The notes: a model not told the origin generated them from the sequence alone. Shown: positions 1-12,652, counted from the stretch's first letter. The stretch: 64,000 nt of DNA from Isurus oxyrinchus (GCA_026770705.1 JANJGN010000026.1:34472001-34536000), one strand, 5' to 3'. Program-made: numbers and translations.

Positions 1-539
1 AAATACCTTTCATATCGTCAACGAGGGCAAAGGGGCAAACCGATGCTGATGTCTTTTTTCCACTGACATGCCCTCTGGAGCCAGGTTTCTCATTTTCCCT
101 TTTTACGAAAAGACGCAACTGTCTCCCAAACCCCAGGAACTGAGGTTTATACTTTTATACAAGGATGGACATCTATTGTGCCTGATAGGGACTGATCAAA
201 TCAATTCTTTTGATGCTGCGATTTCTGCTGAATTTAATTCGAGCCCAGAAAATGAGTCGAGACCACATTTGGTGTTGAAAACGAAGACTTTGATATAAAA
301 TGGAGAGTTTTTGAGGCCTGTTGTTGTGGCGAGGAATGTACATGGCTTGTGTTGTTGCTGCGCCCTATTGAGTAATCTCCTCTTCTACAACAGTAACAGG
401 CTTCTAATCCTGAAGACTCCCCAGGGAATGGAATGCAAAAGCAACACTTAGATATTTTCAATTATTCAAATAATTACGATGGAATAGAGCGCCGCCTGGG
501 CGGACAAATACTTGTTCTTCAAACGTGCCTGTTAAGTGA

Positions 540-1620
540 CAGGCAGAGGAAGAATCACATTGAGAGACAGAGAGAAAGAAAATGAGGGAGAGACAATTGC
601 AGAAACAAAGATGGAGAAAAAGTGAGAAAGGCTGAGTGAGAGGCAGAGAGATGAAGGCAGATAGAGATTTATAGAGAAAAACGGAAGGAAAGGCAACGTT
701 TGAAATGAAGGAGAGAGATGGAGGTAAACAGAGAGAGATAACAAAGGGAGAGGCATTACGAGAAATGAGAGAGAGAAGTAGGGAGAGATTTAGCGGGAGG
801 CAATAGCCTAGTGACCTTGCCACTGGACGAGTAATCCAGAGGCCCAGGGTTTTCCCCCGGTCACGCTCTGGGGATGCGAGTTTGAGTCTGGCCATGGCAG
901 ATGGTAGAGTTTGAATTCAATTCAAAAAATCTTGAATTAAACGCCTAATGATGATTATGAAACCATGTCCGATTGTCATAAAAACTCACCTGGTTCACTA
1001 TGTTCCTTTAGGGAAGGAAATCTGTTGTCCTTACCTGGCCTGGCCTACATGTAACTCCAGATCCGCAGCAATGTGGTTGACCCTTAAACGTCCTTTGAAC
1101 AAGGGCAATTAGGGTTGAGCAATGAATGCTGGCCAAGCTAGGGACATTCACATCCCATGAATGAATAAAAAAAGATGAAGATACAGTGAAGGAAAGAGAT
1201 GCAGCAATATGAAAACATACAAACTGAGAAATGAAGAGAAAAAATTAAAAAGACAGTGAGTAAATCAGAGGCAGAGACTGTGACAGAAATAGAGACAGAG
1301 AGGGTAAAACATATGGAGATACAGGGAGGTAAACAGGAGGGAAGGGAATGATAGAAATCAGGGAGATAAACAGTGGGCAGACAGTGAGAGAAATTAGGGA
1401 GGGGCGGAGACAAGGAGGGAAACAGATGAAGACACATTGAAGGGAACAGAAATATAGAGACAATATAGACTGAACAACGAAGAGAGACAAACCAAGAGAA
1501 ACCGGCATAGACAGTGAGGGAAACAAAGGGACATAGTGAGGAGAACAATGCTCGAAAGGGAGGCAGGAATTCCAGGAAGAGAAAGAAAGATAACATAACA
1601 TAGGACGCGATATGGAAAAG
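540..1620 (+). repeat. GA-rich low-complexity tract (interrupted by a SINE)
   Basis: Strong purine strand bias. Confidence 0.8.
795..1175 (+). mobile_element. tRNA-derived SINE with a LINE-like 3' tail
   Basis: A/B-box-like head; tail aagggcaattaggg..catcccatgaatgaataaaa; further copies on - at 10380, 18900 and 29080. Confidence 0.75.
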
Positions 1621-2533
1621 ATGATTTCCGATAGGCACTTGGCCTCCTGGATTACTAAAGCAGCCTCATAACCACCATGTTATCGTACCCGTACCCGCTG
1701 CAGTAAACACACGGGCGATCAGGGAGCTCCAATTACTGGAGCAAGATACTGTTGCACGATTATGTCACATTTCTCGAGTTCTTCTTCTTATTATTATAAT
1801 GTATTTTAGTGCAGGTGAACTTATACTCGCGGGTTAATTCAAACTTTACTCTAAATCCGTGTGGCACCCTTGTTTATTTTAATATTTTGGCCATTAAAGG
1901 TTAAAAGAAGCTTGCTTTAATGAAATGAAACAACCGAGATCCATGTGGGACGCCGAGCCTTAAATATCAACATAGACATAGGATGTAAATAGGACACCTG
2001 CAAAGTTTGGGATTTGAATATAACTGTTCCCATTTTAATGCCACCTCTGAGCTGCGGTTAAATAATGTATGTTTTGTCGCTGCTCCTATTAATTGAGCAC
2101 TCTTCTGAGCGCATTGAAATGGGAGACTGGGATAAATTGGGTTTTCTGCAGTCTGAACTTAGGGAAAGCGGGAGAAAGAAAAAGAGGCAGAGAAAGCGTG
2201 TGCAACGGAGGGTCAGAAAGGGGAGATAGAGCCACAGAGACCGAAAGTCAAAGCGAGACTGAGACATCCCGAGACCAAGAAAGATCCAGAGAAACCGAGA
2301 AAGGCAGGTTGGAAGAGGAAGTCAGAAGAAATAATCGGTCCAGAGCTAACACTGATGGGTGCCCAACTGTCATCTGTTCTGAGACACCAGCCAATCCTGC
2401 AGCTGGGGAACGCCCCTCCGTTTCTCAGTAAGTGAAGCCTGCCCTTGATCTGAATTTCCTGTTTAATATAAGAACAGAAGTGTCAACATATCTCAAATCT
2501 TATTTATTTCTTCAGATCTGTAATCCTGTTATC

Positions 2534-2968
2534 ATGTGCTCCTCATGTTCCTTACTGCTAATAATGGTCTTGCTGTCCGGTGAGTCAATGTTTAAATGGT
2601 CAATGTCTGTTCCTTGTGTTACCTTCACTCCCAGATATTTGATACATTCTGTGTTTTGTTGCAGAAACAAATGGTAAAGATTCAGTGTCCCAGGATCCCC
2701 CTGAATTAACGGTTCTGGACGGACAGAGCATAAAACTGGATTGTAATTACGCTACAGCTGCCGTTCCAACTCTGTTCTGGTACATCCAATACCCCGGAGA
2801 AGGTCCGAGATATTTGATGAGGATATATAGCTCGGGGGGTGCAGAGAAGTCTCCAGAATTCGCAGACAGGTTCTCTGTTGTTTCACACAAAGGAAACAAA
2901 ACGGTTCTTTTAAATATCGCCGGGGCCCTTCTCTCCGACAGCGCCGTGTATTTCTGTGCCATGAGGCC
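2534..2968 (+). CDS. TRAV/TRDV: TCR alpha/delta V segment, family A, intact (leader 2534-2579, V exon 2665-2968)
   Basis: Leader MCSSCSLLLIMVLLS with GT donor at 2580 and AG acceptor at 2663-4; DSVSQDP..LDC..FWYIQYPG..DSAVYFCAMRP has C23/W41/C104; RSS follows. Confidence 0.9.
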
Positions 2969-3008
2969 CACAGTGCTACGGAGACATAGCGGATGTCGTA
3001 CAAAAACC
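2969..3008 (+). other. RSS, 24-bp spacer
   Basis: CACAGTG (2969-75), 24 nt, ACAAAAACC (3000-08). Confidence 0.9.
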
Positions 3009-3765
3009 CCACTGGGATTTCCAGTTAGTGCTCAGAAGAGGGCGCTCTCACACCGACAAACAGAAACAATAACTCGGCCTGTGAGAGCCACAGAGCCTTT
3101 AATAAAATATCAAAACAAAGACAACGCCGAAGAAGGGCGGGTGAGCAGCAACTGAGGGATTACATTAGTTGACTTTAACTTGCAAATATACTAAAAATGA
3201 ATTCCACAAATAAATTTGTATTGCGCTAACTCACATTTAGTCTTTTGATGATATTTCCTTGCTTCTCTGAACTCTTGAGCAGCCTTTTCCCCATCTCCAC
3301 TCTCTCCTTCTAGTTCCCTTTGTCAAAGCCTGTACGTAGTGTCCCTTTGAACAGAGTATTTTGCTGCTTCAGAAACAGTGTGTAGAAAATAAAGACATTT
3401 CACCAACTTGTGTTTGCACTCTTTAAAACAAGCCCCGAGCATAGGTTTCGAGTGTCCGTTAAAAGTTTTCTGATACCATTAACAAACCAGTGTTTCTGCC
3501 TTGTAACAACGAGACCAGGGGATCCAGTCCCATCCTTGCCCCTAACTACAGAACCATCCCTGTTATAAGAACACTGGCCGTAGCCCAGCTCACGTTGATT
3601 CCATTCGCTGACAGCCGACTCCTACCTACAGGTCTTAAAGCATCATTGGGGACAGAAAGAAGTGAGGTTAGAGGATCCTGAGACTCATCAGAAGATACTT
3701 GATGATACAAATTAAAACGAGTTTCTCCTAATCACACTTTCTATTTTACAAAACGGACATCAGCA

Positions 3766-4105
3766 ATGCAGCCACCCAGCATCTGGGTTCAAATGGGGAG
3801 GGGGGGGGGGGTGGGGTTGGTGGTGGGTGGTGATGGGTGGTTGGGGGTGGCCAGGAGCGAGGCATTTCGGATAGGTAGTTAAGAAACAAACACATTTCGT
3901 CTCTTTCCTGAATCAAGGTTTCAATCTGAATTCTAAAGAACCTCCAATCAGGCAATTTCCTGTTTGCGCATGATTTCAGATCTGAGCCCTGGAGATTTTG
4001 TCACTCAGCTACAGTCCTCAAATGATTAGACTGAAGAGAAGTGGCTGCTTTAAGTATCATCTGTGATATTTCTTGTGGAGAACTGTGTTTTATTCTGGTA
4101 CTGGC
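3766..4105 (+). pseudogene. V pseudogene relic, family C
   Basis: Leader broken by a G-rich tract; ttcag|ATCTGAGCCCTGGAGATTTTGTCACTCAG start is homologous to 12348; stops; 3' half missing. Confidence 0.7.
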
Positions 4106-4591
4106 TGGTATTTGCACGGAAAGTCTTACTCATGTTTTCAGGCAATCAGAGAGACAAACCAAATTAGCAACAGCACAATTCAGGCGGCCAGATCTCTCTC
4201 TGAGCGGAGAAAGTGGACTCTAAAGAGCTGATCAGAAGCAGGACTCACAGCTGAAAGATGTTTCTGATCCTCCATCCAGACCGACTGGCGTCACACTGAC
4301 TGCAGGGTGACGTCACAAAGGTTACAAGGCGATGTCATGGACACCGCAAAATAATGTCTCATGGACGGATGCTCTGAAGTATGCGCACCCCACTCCCTCA
4401 CATCCCATCAATGCTGAAGCCCCCTCGCAGCTTCACTTTGTGATCACAAGTCCCAGAGCCCCGTGTCTGGCGGACACAGTGTAACTGGTGTTGGGCTCAG
4501 TTTGATGCACAACAGCGATGACTTCAGCAGGTGACTCTCTTGGTTTCAGACTTCCTACAGTTATTTTATTCAAGTCGATAGCATCCGACAC

Positions 4592-4650
4592 ATGAATCTG
4601 AGAATCACTTTAGTGACCATATTCCTGGATATTTTACTCTTTCCTGCGTG
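4592..4650 (+). pseudogene. Orphan family E leader exon (V exon lost at the LINE insertion)
   Basis: MNLRITLVTIFLDILLFPA, homologous to the leaders at 59231 and 39300. Confidence 0.6.
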
Positions 4651-4769
4651 TGTGTGATCACTATTTCTGACACAATATTTCACACATCAGACCCGTTATC
4701 TGCTGCTAGATGTACTTTGCTTTATTATATTTCCTTGTATGATGCTAAATTGTAATCTTTGTTCATTTT

Positions 4770-5905
4770 GCAGGATGTTGGCTAGGTCAAAATTTATTGC
4801 CCATCCCTAATTGCCCTTGAGAAGGTGGTGGCGAGCTGCCTTCTGAACCGTTGCAGCCTGTGGTGTAGGTAGACCCATGGTGCTGTTAGGCAAGGAGTTC
4901 CAGGGCTTTGGTCCAGCGACAGTGAAGGAACGGCAATACATTTTCAAGTTAGGATGGTGAGTGCCTTGGAGGGGGACTTCCAGGTGGTGGCGTTCCCATG
5001 TATCTACTACCCTTGTCCTTCTAGCTGGTAGTGGTCGTGGGTTTGGAAGGCGCTGCCTAAGGAGCCTTGGAGACTTCCTGCAGTGCATCTTGTAGATGGT
5101 ACACATGCCTGCAATTGTTCGTCCATGGTGGAGGGGATGAACGTTTGTGGATGGGGTGCTAATAAAGCGGGCTGCTTTGTCCTGGATGGGGTCAAGCTTC
5201 TTGAGTGTTGTGGGAGCTGCACGCATCAGGCAAGAGGTGAGCATTGCATCACACTCTTGACATGTGTCTTGTGGACAGGCTTTGGAGAACCAGGAGGTGA
5301 GTTACTTGCCGCAGGATTCCTAGCCCCTGACTTGTTCTTTTAACCATTGTGTTTATATGGTTACCCAGTTCGGTTTCTGGTCAATGGTGGCCCCCAGGAT
5401 GTTTATAGTGGGGGATTCAGTGACCGTAATTCCATTAAACATCAAGGGGCAATGGTTGGATTCTCGCTTGCTGGAGATGGTCGTTGCCTGGCACTTGTGT
5501 GGCGCGAATGTTACTTGGCACTTGTCAGCTCAAGCCTGGATATTATCCAAATCTTGCTGTATTTACATATGGACTGCTTCAGTATCTGAGGATTCGCGAA
5601 TGGTGCTGAACATTGTGCAATCATCAGTGAACATCCCCACGCCTGACCTTATGATGGAAGGAAGGACATTGATGAAGCACCTGAAGATGGTTGGGACAAG
5701 GACTCTGCCGTGAGGAACTCCTGCAGTGATGTTTTGGAGCTGTGGTGATTGACCTCCAACTATCACAGTCATCTTCATTTCTGCTCGAGATGACTCCAGC
5801 CAGCAGAGAGTTTTCTCCCTGATTCCTATTGACGCCAGTTTTGCTAGTGCTCCTTGATGACACACTCAGTAAAATGCTGCCCTGATGTCAGCGGCAGTCA
5901 GAATC
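4770..5905 (-). mobile_element. 5'-truncated CR1-group LINE
   Basis: RT remnants GVPHGRVLVP..MFTDDCT; C-terminal IQDKAARFI; tail shared with the SINE at 795. Confidence 0.8.
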
Positions 5906-5973
5906 TCCTCACCCTTTCACCTCAACATCCTTTTAAAATCAGTTACCTTCTGTCGAAGTCTATATCAGACACT

Positions 5974-6350
5974 ATGTGCCCTCTATGGTCCTTTCTGATA
6001 ATGGTCATACTCTTGGTGATTCAATATTTAAAGGTTCATTGTCTATTCTATGTGTTAAATTCAAATCCAGATTTTGACACATTCTTTGTTTTGTTACAGT
6101 AATGAGTGTTGCTGACGAAGTGTCCTTGGATCCCTCTGAGTTAACTGCGTGGAAGAACAGGGCATAATGATCAACTATAGTTATTCCATATCTTTGAGTT
6201 TTCTACAACTCTGTTGGTACACTGATATTCCAGGCAAGCTCCGAGATCTTTACTGAAGCGCTTTAACGCGGGCCATGGAGCCAAGCCTCAAGATTTACCA
6301 GACCGGGTCCTTGCTGATTTGGACAAGGCTGAAGTCAGCAATACAAATGT
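5974..6350 (+). pseudogene. V pseudogene, family A, 3'-truncated
   Basis: Leader MCPLWSFLIMVILL; degenerate VSLDPSEL..WY..PDR; no C104 or RSS. Confidence 0.75.
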
Positions 6351-6470
6351 TTCATAATAAACCTGTCAGTTTTTGTTCACCCTCAGCCGCGGAACAAAAT
6401 AAAGCAGCAGATAGGCATCCAAAACACTTAACTGGGCAGTAAATACTCGCTGAGGTTTTATCTGACTCTG

Positions 6471-6969
6471 GGCCTCACAGCAATGTAAGAGACCGCACCT
6501 TCCTCCACACTCAGGCCGCTTATATTGAGGAAACCAGACTGTTCAGAATTGTCAGCTGCACTAGTTATCCTCCTGAGGTTTTATCTTTTTGTCACTTTGC
6601 TAGTGATCCAACTGAGAGGTTGTGTCGGTTTCTGCCGATACCATTGCATACTGTACGTATCCTGGTCTATATATTCACAATCTAACTGCACCAAACCCCC
6701 TTCTGACACAGTTAATGTCACCGCTGACTGAGTTACTGGATGTGCATAGTCCGCCTGTGGAAGTAGATGAAGAAAGGAGCAGAAATTTAAAGAGGATCGA
6801 TCTAAACGTGTATACTTCTGTATGAGTGTGTGTAAATTCGCATTTCCCAAACTGTCGTTAATTACATTAATTCCTAGTATAAGCTCTTTGCAACAATCTG
6901 CTAACCTGTCTTGATAAACAAAGTCCAATACGTACTGTCCAACAGCGCGGCCAGTATTATCAGAAACAT
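6471..6969 (-). pseudogene. V pseudogene, family D
   Basis: Leader MFLIILAALLD (6936-6969); PVTQSAVTLTVSEGGLVQLDC..QWYRQ; in-frame stop at 6581; C104 lost; degenerate heptamer. Confidence 0.85.
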
Positions 6970-7094
6970 GTCTGACTGAATCTCTCTCAGTTGAATGTGA
7001 ATGGAATGAGCCAGGGATTAAGAAGAAGAGAGGGACCCCGGGCTCTGTTCAGCTCATTGTTACACCCACACAGCTCCAGGTCCCAGGCCCTTTG

Positions 7095-7380
7095 TGACCA
7101 TAAGGCCACAAGAGCAGAAGTAGGCCATTCGGCCTATCGAGTCTGCTCCATCATTCAATGAGATCATGATTGATGTGGCATTCCGCAAATCCACATTTCT
7201 GCCTTTACCCAATAACCCTTGATTCCTTTACTGATTAAACATGTGTCCATCGCAGCCTTGGGTATACTTAAGGACCCAGCCTCTACAGCCCTCTGCGGTA
7301 AAGAATTCCACAGGTTGACTGGCCTCTGAGAGAAGAAATTCCTCCTCTGTCTTAAATGGGCGACCCCTTACTCTGAGAGA
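7095..7380 (-). mobile_element. CR1 3' fragment
   Basis: Reverse complement of the gaatggcctacttctgctc tail. Confidence 0.7.
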
Positions 7381-7454
7381 CCTCACTCGGGATACCATCC
7401 CTTTTGGTTTTGACGTTGGTGACGCGTGACTTTCTAATGAGCATGCTTGGGTTT

Positions 7455-7472
7455 AGCGCCCTCTGCTGGTCG
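7455..7472 (-). promoter_or_regulatory. CTCF motif between the divergent D and B promoters
   Basis: GACCAGCAGAGGGCGCT; paralogs at about 37330(+) and 61180(-). Confidence 0.7.
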
Positions 7473-8417
7473 ATTCTGTTCATTCCGGCTTAGAATCGGG
7501 GCCATCGAGTGGGTTTCGGGTTTCTTGATTTACATATCAAAACACTAATGCCATGAATGTATTCCCAGAAATTTATATTGGATCTATTCAGACTTAGTCC
7601 TTATTTGTTAATGTTTATGGCAGAAAGTAATGATAATCATTTATAAATCACTGTTTAGCCACCAATGATCTACCATTTACATGAATGTCAAAATATTGGA
7701 GAAAGTAAACTGGAATGGCACCAGGGCTGACGACCTTCAACGTGAGCAGGCTAGAGAAACTGTTATTAGTCTTCTTCTGTCAAATGATTAAAGGAGACAT
7801 TTAATTAAAATACTGAAAATGATAAGAAATTTGATGTAATAGATTGCGTATAATTGTTTCGATTAGCAGAAAATTCGAAAATCCAAGCGCACCAATTTGA
7901 GAGCAAAAATATAGGGAAAGATTATATTAAACTATTACATTGCCATTTCTTCAGAGCTGGAACCACTGCTAGGAGGAAAATGCGGGACGAAATGTGAATT
8001 TGATCACTCTTTCAATGAGGCATAGACACATGATAGGCCGAATGGCCTCTGTCCTTGCTTTAAGATTCCAAACCATTCCTGTCCCTCCCATTTTGTTTGT
8101 CATCAGTCAGTTGAACAGTGAACAGGAGCAGAATGGTCAGAGACTCCTGCAGATTCAACCGTCGCTCTATCCGCTCCACCAATTCGGGGTGTATCTGAGA
8201 GTCACCGCACAGTTCACACAATATTGAGTCTGCGGTATCCCCGCCCACAGCTTCCGTTTGCTGCTGTCGCTCTGACCCGATTGTGTTATTGGAGAGATTG
8301 CTGCCGCTGGTCCATTCCTGTCATTGGTTGGGTCAGCAGCGCAGTGGGCCGGGAACCTGTATTTCTGCTCAGACAGAGGATTTCTCGCACTGCGGAGTTA
8401 CAGACTTAGGAAGTATC

Positions 8418-8901
8418 ATGGGGAAAGTCTCTCTCCGCTCCTCATCATTATCTCAATTCCGTCCCAGTGAAACACCATTCTCCCCTTGACTGCTCTAACC
8501 CGGATGCTACCGTCGGTAAAAAAAATGGTGATGGTGATGACGATTATGTTTATTAATATGAGGCTGACGCTGATTGTTGTTATTGCTATTGTTTTATGTT
8601 GGAATGGAGCCACCAAGACACAATGGAACAACCGGTTGCTGAAATAACTGCGAAGACGAAATGTCACACGAACTTGCACCTTGGAAACAAGCGATTCTAA
8701 CCTTAAGATGCACTGGTACAGTCAGCGCCCCAAGCAGCCTCCACAGTGCATGTCTTATATTCTGGGAGTGAAACTATACAGACGCACCGACATCACATGT
8801 TGCTTTTCAGCTTCGTTATATAATACAGCCAAGAGTACCGAGCTATTGATCTGCAGTACCCTGATCTCTAACAGCGCGGTATATTTCTGTGCCATGATGC
8901 C
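8418..8901 (+). pseudogene. V pseudogene, family B
   Basis: Donor deleted, acceptor mutated, FR1 frameshift; WYSQRPKQPP..SAVYFCAMMP; RSS CACGCTG-24-ACAGAAATC. Confidence 0.85.
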
Positions 8902-9724
8902 CACGCTGCTGCAGAGATACAGCGAGTCCCGTACAGAAATCCCACACTGAGTTCCAGTTAGTGTTCCTGCAGAGGGCGCTCTCGCACCGATAAATAGGAC
9001 CAAAAACCCCGACTCCGCAGTGTGAGCCACAAGCACCGTCGTAAAATTGGAACAGAACACAAACCCTTCAAGAGCAGATAATGACCACTTCAGCGCTAAT
9101 ATTAATGTGCGATTTCAACTGGCGTATCAATGGTGCCTTAACTCACCATTTTTTTCTTTGGATGATTTTCCCTGCAGATTGATTTTTTTCACCCGCTGTC
9201 TCCACCCGTTACTCAAAAATTCAGACATTCCTCCTGCCATTTACTCCAGACCATCGATACTTCTTTGTACACTAACTCAGGACGACTTTAACCCTACTGT
9301 CCATAGATTCAGCCTCAGTATTATCCGAGGTTGTTAATGAAGGTTTCGTTTACTATTGTTTGAGTTACTAATCCTGACATATCTGTGTTCACCCTGCACT
9401 CCGTCAATATGGAATAAATACGAAAGTACCGCAGCTCATATACAGAGACATGGTTATATCATTTTCAAAGGGAACATTATTATTGACGTCAGCTCCTTAC
9501 AATTGATTCGATGTGTGACGGCACCTCCTGCTGCGGCCCTGCTCACAGCTCCCGTTTGCTGCCGTCGCTCTGACCGGCTTTGCCTGCCCTGTGTTTTTGG
9601 AAAGATTGCTGCTGCTGTTCTCTGTTTGGCATTGTTTGGATCAGCAATAAAGTGGGGCAGAGCTCGGCATTTCTGCTCTGACAGACAATTTCCCGGACCG
9701 CAGCATTGTAGAAAGAAGGACCAT

Positions 9725-10189
9725 CCTGCGGAACCATATCACTCCGCCCCTCAACATTCTATCACTTCTCAAAAAGTATTTCCTTCCCAGTGAAACTCCA
9801 TTCACCCCATGACTGCTGTAACCCAGATGCAAACATTGATATGCTGATGATGTTGCTGCTGATCATGAAATTATGACTCTTATTAATATTTACGTCATAA
9901 TGGAGCCACTAAGACATGTTGGAACAGTCGACAGCTGAAATCACGGTTGAAGAGGAACGTAACATCAGCCTAAACTATGCCTTCAAATCAAGGTGTTCTC
10001 ACGGTCACGTGTTCTGGTAAAGTAACACGCCTGGCACCCTCCACAGTACGTGTTTGATCTCTATGGAGGAAGAACAAACTGGAACCCCAAGGTTTTCATT
10101 CCGGTTTAGTAAAACTACGAAATCACCAAGTAAATGATCAGAAAAGCCCTGCTCTCTGACACCGCCGTGCATTTCTGTGCCGAGGTCCC
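9725..10189 (+). pseudogene. V pseudogene, family B'
   Basis: tggagccactaagac start is homologous to 32280(-); several stops; DTAVHFCA end; degenerate RSS with 24 spacer. Confidence 0.75.
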
Positions 10190-10379
10190 GACACGGCTGC
10201 AGAAACATAGAAGACCCTGGACAAAGTCCTACACCAATTATTTCTCAGCAGAGGGCGCTCTCACACTGCAATAATTCACCCTTAAGTGTGGTTCAGAGGG
10301 GTCTTTCCAAAGCTGCAATAAAACACAAAATGCAATATTCTGAAGTTCATGTTTACAATTATATTAGCTTTTGATCTCA

Positions 10380-10762
10380 ACTTTTTTATCCTTTCATTGG
10401 ATGTGGGCATCGGTAGCAAGGCCAGCATTGCCGTCCATCCGGAATTGCCCTTGAACTGAGTGACTTGTTATTCCATTTCTGAGGGCTGTTATGAGTCAAC
10501 CACATTGTTGCGTGTCTAGAGTCACATGTAAACCAAACTAGGTAAGGATGGCAGATTTCCTGGACATTAATGAACCAGATGAGTTTTTAGAACAATTCAT
10601 GATAGGTTCATGGTCACTAACACTGAGATTTGTATTCCAGACTCATTAGCTGAGTTCAAAATCGGCTGCTATGTTGGGATTTGAGCGCATGTCCCCAGGT
10701 CGTTAGCCTGGGTCTCTAGATAACTAGTCCAGTGACACTGCCACTACGCCACCGTCTCCCCA
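10380..10762 (-). mobile_element. SINE (same family as 795)
   Basis: Reverse-complement homology to 795-1175. Confidence 0.75.
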
Positions 10763-12187
10763 CAGAGATTGCAATGACCTCGAAATTGCAATAAAATAAA
10801 CTTTACAAATGCAGTTGTGGAGCCTTGACTGATTCTAGGTATTTATGTATCTTTTCCCAGTCAATCTCTTCTCTCCCCTGGTTTCCACTCATCATTCAAA
10901 AACGTTTAATTTTCGTTGCCCCAGTCTTTAGACTGACGATAGCAAATATTTGTTTCTGCTTGGCATAATAACTCAGAACTGCAGCAACCCGGCTTCCCAC
11001 AAACAGGAACTGTCAGGTCAGGCCATTGAATAACAAAAAGATCTGTCAAACTCTGTCTACTGACATCTGAGCACGTCTCAGATTATCTACGAGATGGCGA
11101 CCGATCACAATATCCCTCTTGTGGATCACAGCAAAGCATTAAGCTTAGTCCTCTGTTTCTCGAAAAAGCATAGTGTATTTGCCATAAATCGAATTCAAAG
11201 TGTTGATATCTTGCACAAAATTTGCTGAGAAAGTGCACTAATCATCACAAAAACACATTCACATGTCGAAGGATTGGAACCTGATATTAGACAGAGCGTA
11301 GAGTAAGTGAATAGCAAGTGTGGATGCTGGGGAAAGAATGTGAAAATGTGACTGAAAGACGCTGAAGCCTTTCACTGTAACGGCTTCGGCGTCATATCCG
11401 TTAATACGATGAGTGAAAGCTACAGGGAAAGGCTTTTCTGGTGGCTGGTTTTGAGTTCCAATTAATGTCCCTTAGGCTTGTGAACCTGCTCTTTGAGCTT
11501 TGGCCCTATAAATTTGAGTAAATGGGCGTAAAATCGCTCTAAAGCGCCGATGTGGCGTTTGGGCCAATCTCTCTTATAGAAAATCCAAAGTCAGAGGGTT
11601 CTGGTTGATTAAATAAACGATTACAGACACAAAAAAAGGACTCTAATTAACCAGATAGAATTTAATCATTTTAAGCAGAAGGTGATGGTGAGCGAGTACC
11701 TGCCTACATCGGGGAGGAGTTTGATCTTTAAATCTGTTCATTTGTCTGTTCAGTAACAACATTTATCGCTGTTCTAATATGACAGATTTATAAACCACTC
11801 TGACAAAATCTATAATCATAATTAGCTTACTGGTTAAGTGGTTCATGAGTAAAATCTCACTGGAGCCAGGGTCCTCTGCATACTGCTGGTAAGATTACCA
11901 TCAGTGTTGAGATCAGATTGTGCGGAGTAAACTAGATCCACGAATAATCCTGTTGTGGACAGTTAGAATGACCAGACATGGACATAATAGTCACCATTCC
12001 CTCTGTAAAACGGAAACATACCCCGTATAAAGTCACTGACTGTAGTCCAGCTCATGGTGTTTCCATTAATTGACAAATGGAAGTGAGGTTAGAACATCCT
12101 GAGACATGACAGCAGATTATTGAGGGTGGGGTTTAGAATGGGTCTCTTCAAATATCCAGCTTCTCTTTTACAAAGCGGACAGCGACA

Positions 12188-12652
12188 ATGCGGTTACTCA
12201 GCATCTGCGTTGTGTGGGGAGCATTTCTGACAGGTAATTGTGGACCACACACATTTCAGCTTTTCACACATTTTTCAAACATGGTTTAAAACTGAATTTT
12301 AAATAATTGTGTGTCTGATCTGCTTTGGCATTGAACATGTTTTTCAGATCTGAGTCATGGAGATTCTGTCACTCAGCCTTTGTCCTCAAATGTTAAATCA
12401 GAAGGAAAAGATGTGACTTTAAGCTGTACCTATGATACCACATGGAACGACTATTATTTATCCTGGTACTTGCAACACCCAGACGCAAAACCTGAGTTTA
12501 TATCGTGGAAATACTCGAACGGTGGTGAAGATAAAGCAAATTTTGCTAAAAGCCGTTTCTCTGCAGAGCTTGAGTGCGACCAAACTCACCAGCTTAAACA
12601 TCTTGTGTCTGCAGCTGACTGACTTTGCCATGTATTACTGCACTATCACATT
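12188..12652 (+). pseudogene. V segment, family C (delta-like), single FR3 frameshift
   Basis: Leader MRLLSICVVWGAFLT 12188-12233; exon from 12348 GDSVTQ..LSC..SWYLQ..KANFAKSRFS; frameshift near 12572, then LQLTDFAMYYC; RSS CACAGCG-23-ACAAAAACT. Confidence 0.85.

Noticed and set aside
458-2431. ORFs of 70-166 aa rich in L/S/F or E/R
   Set aside because: Artefacts of GA-rich low-complexity DNA and a SINE
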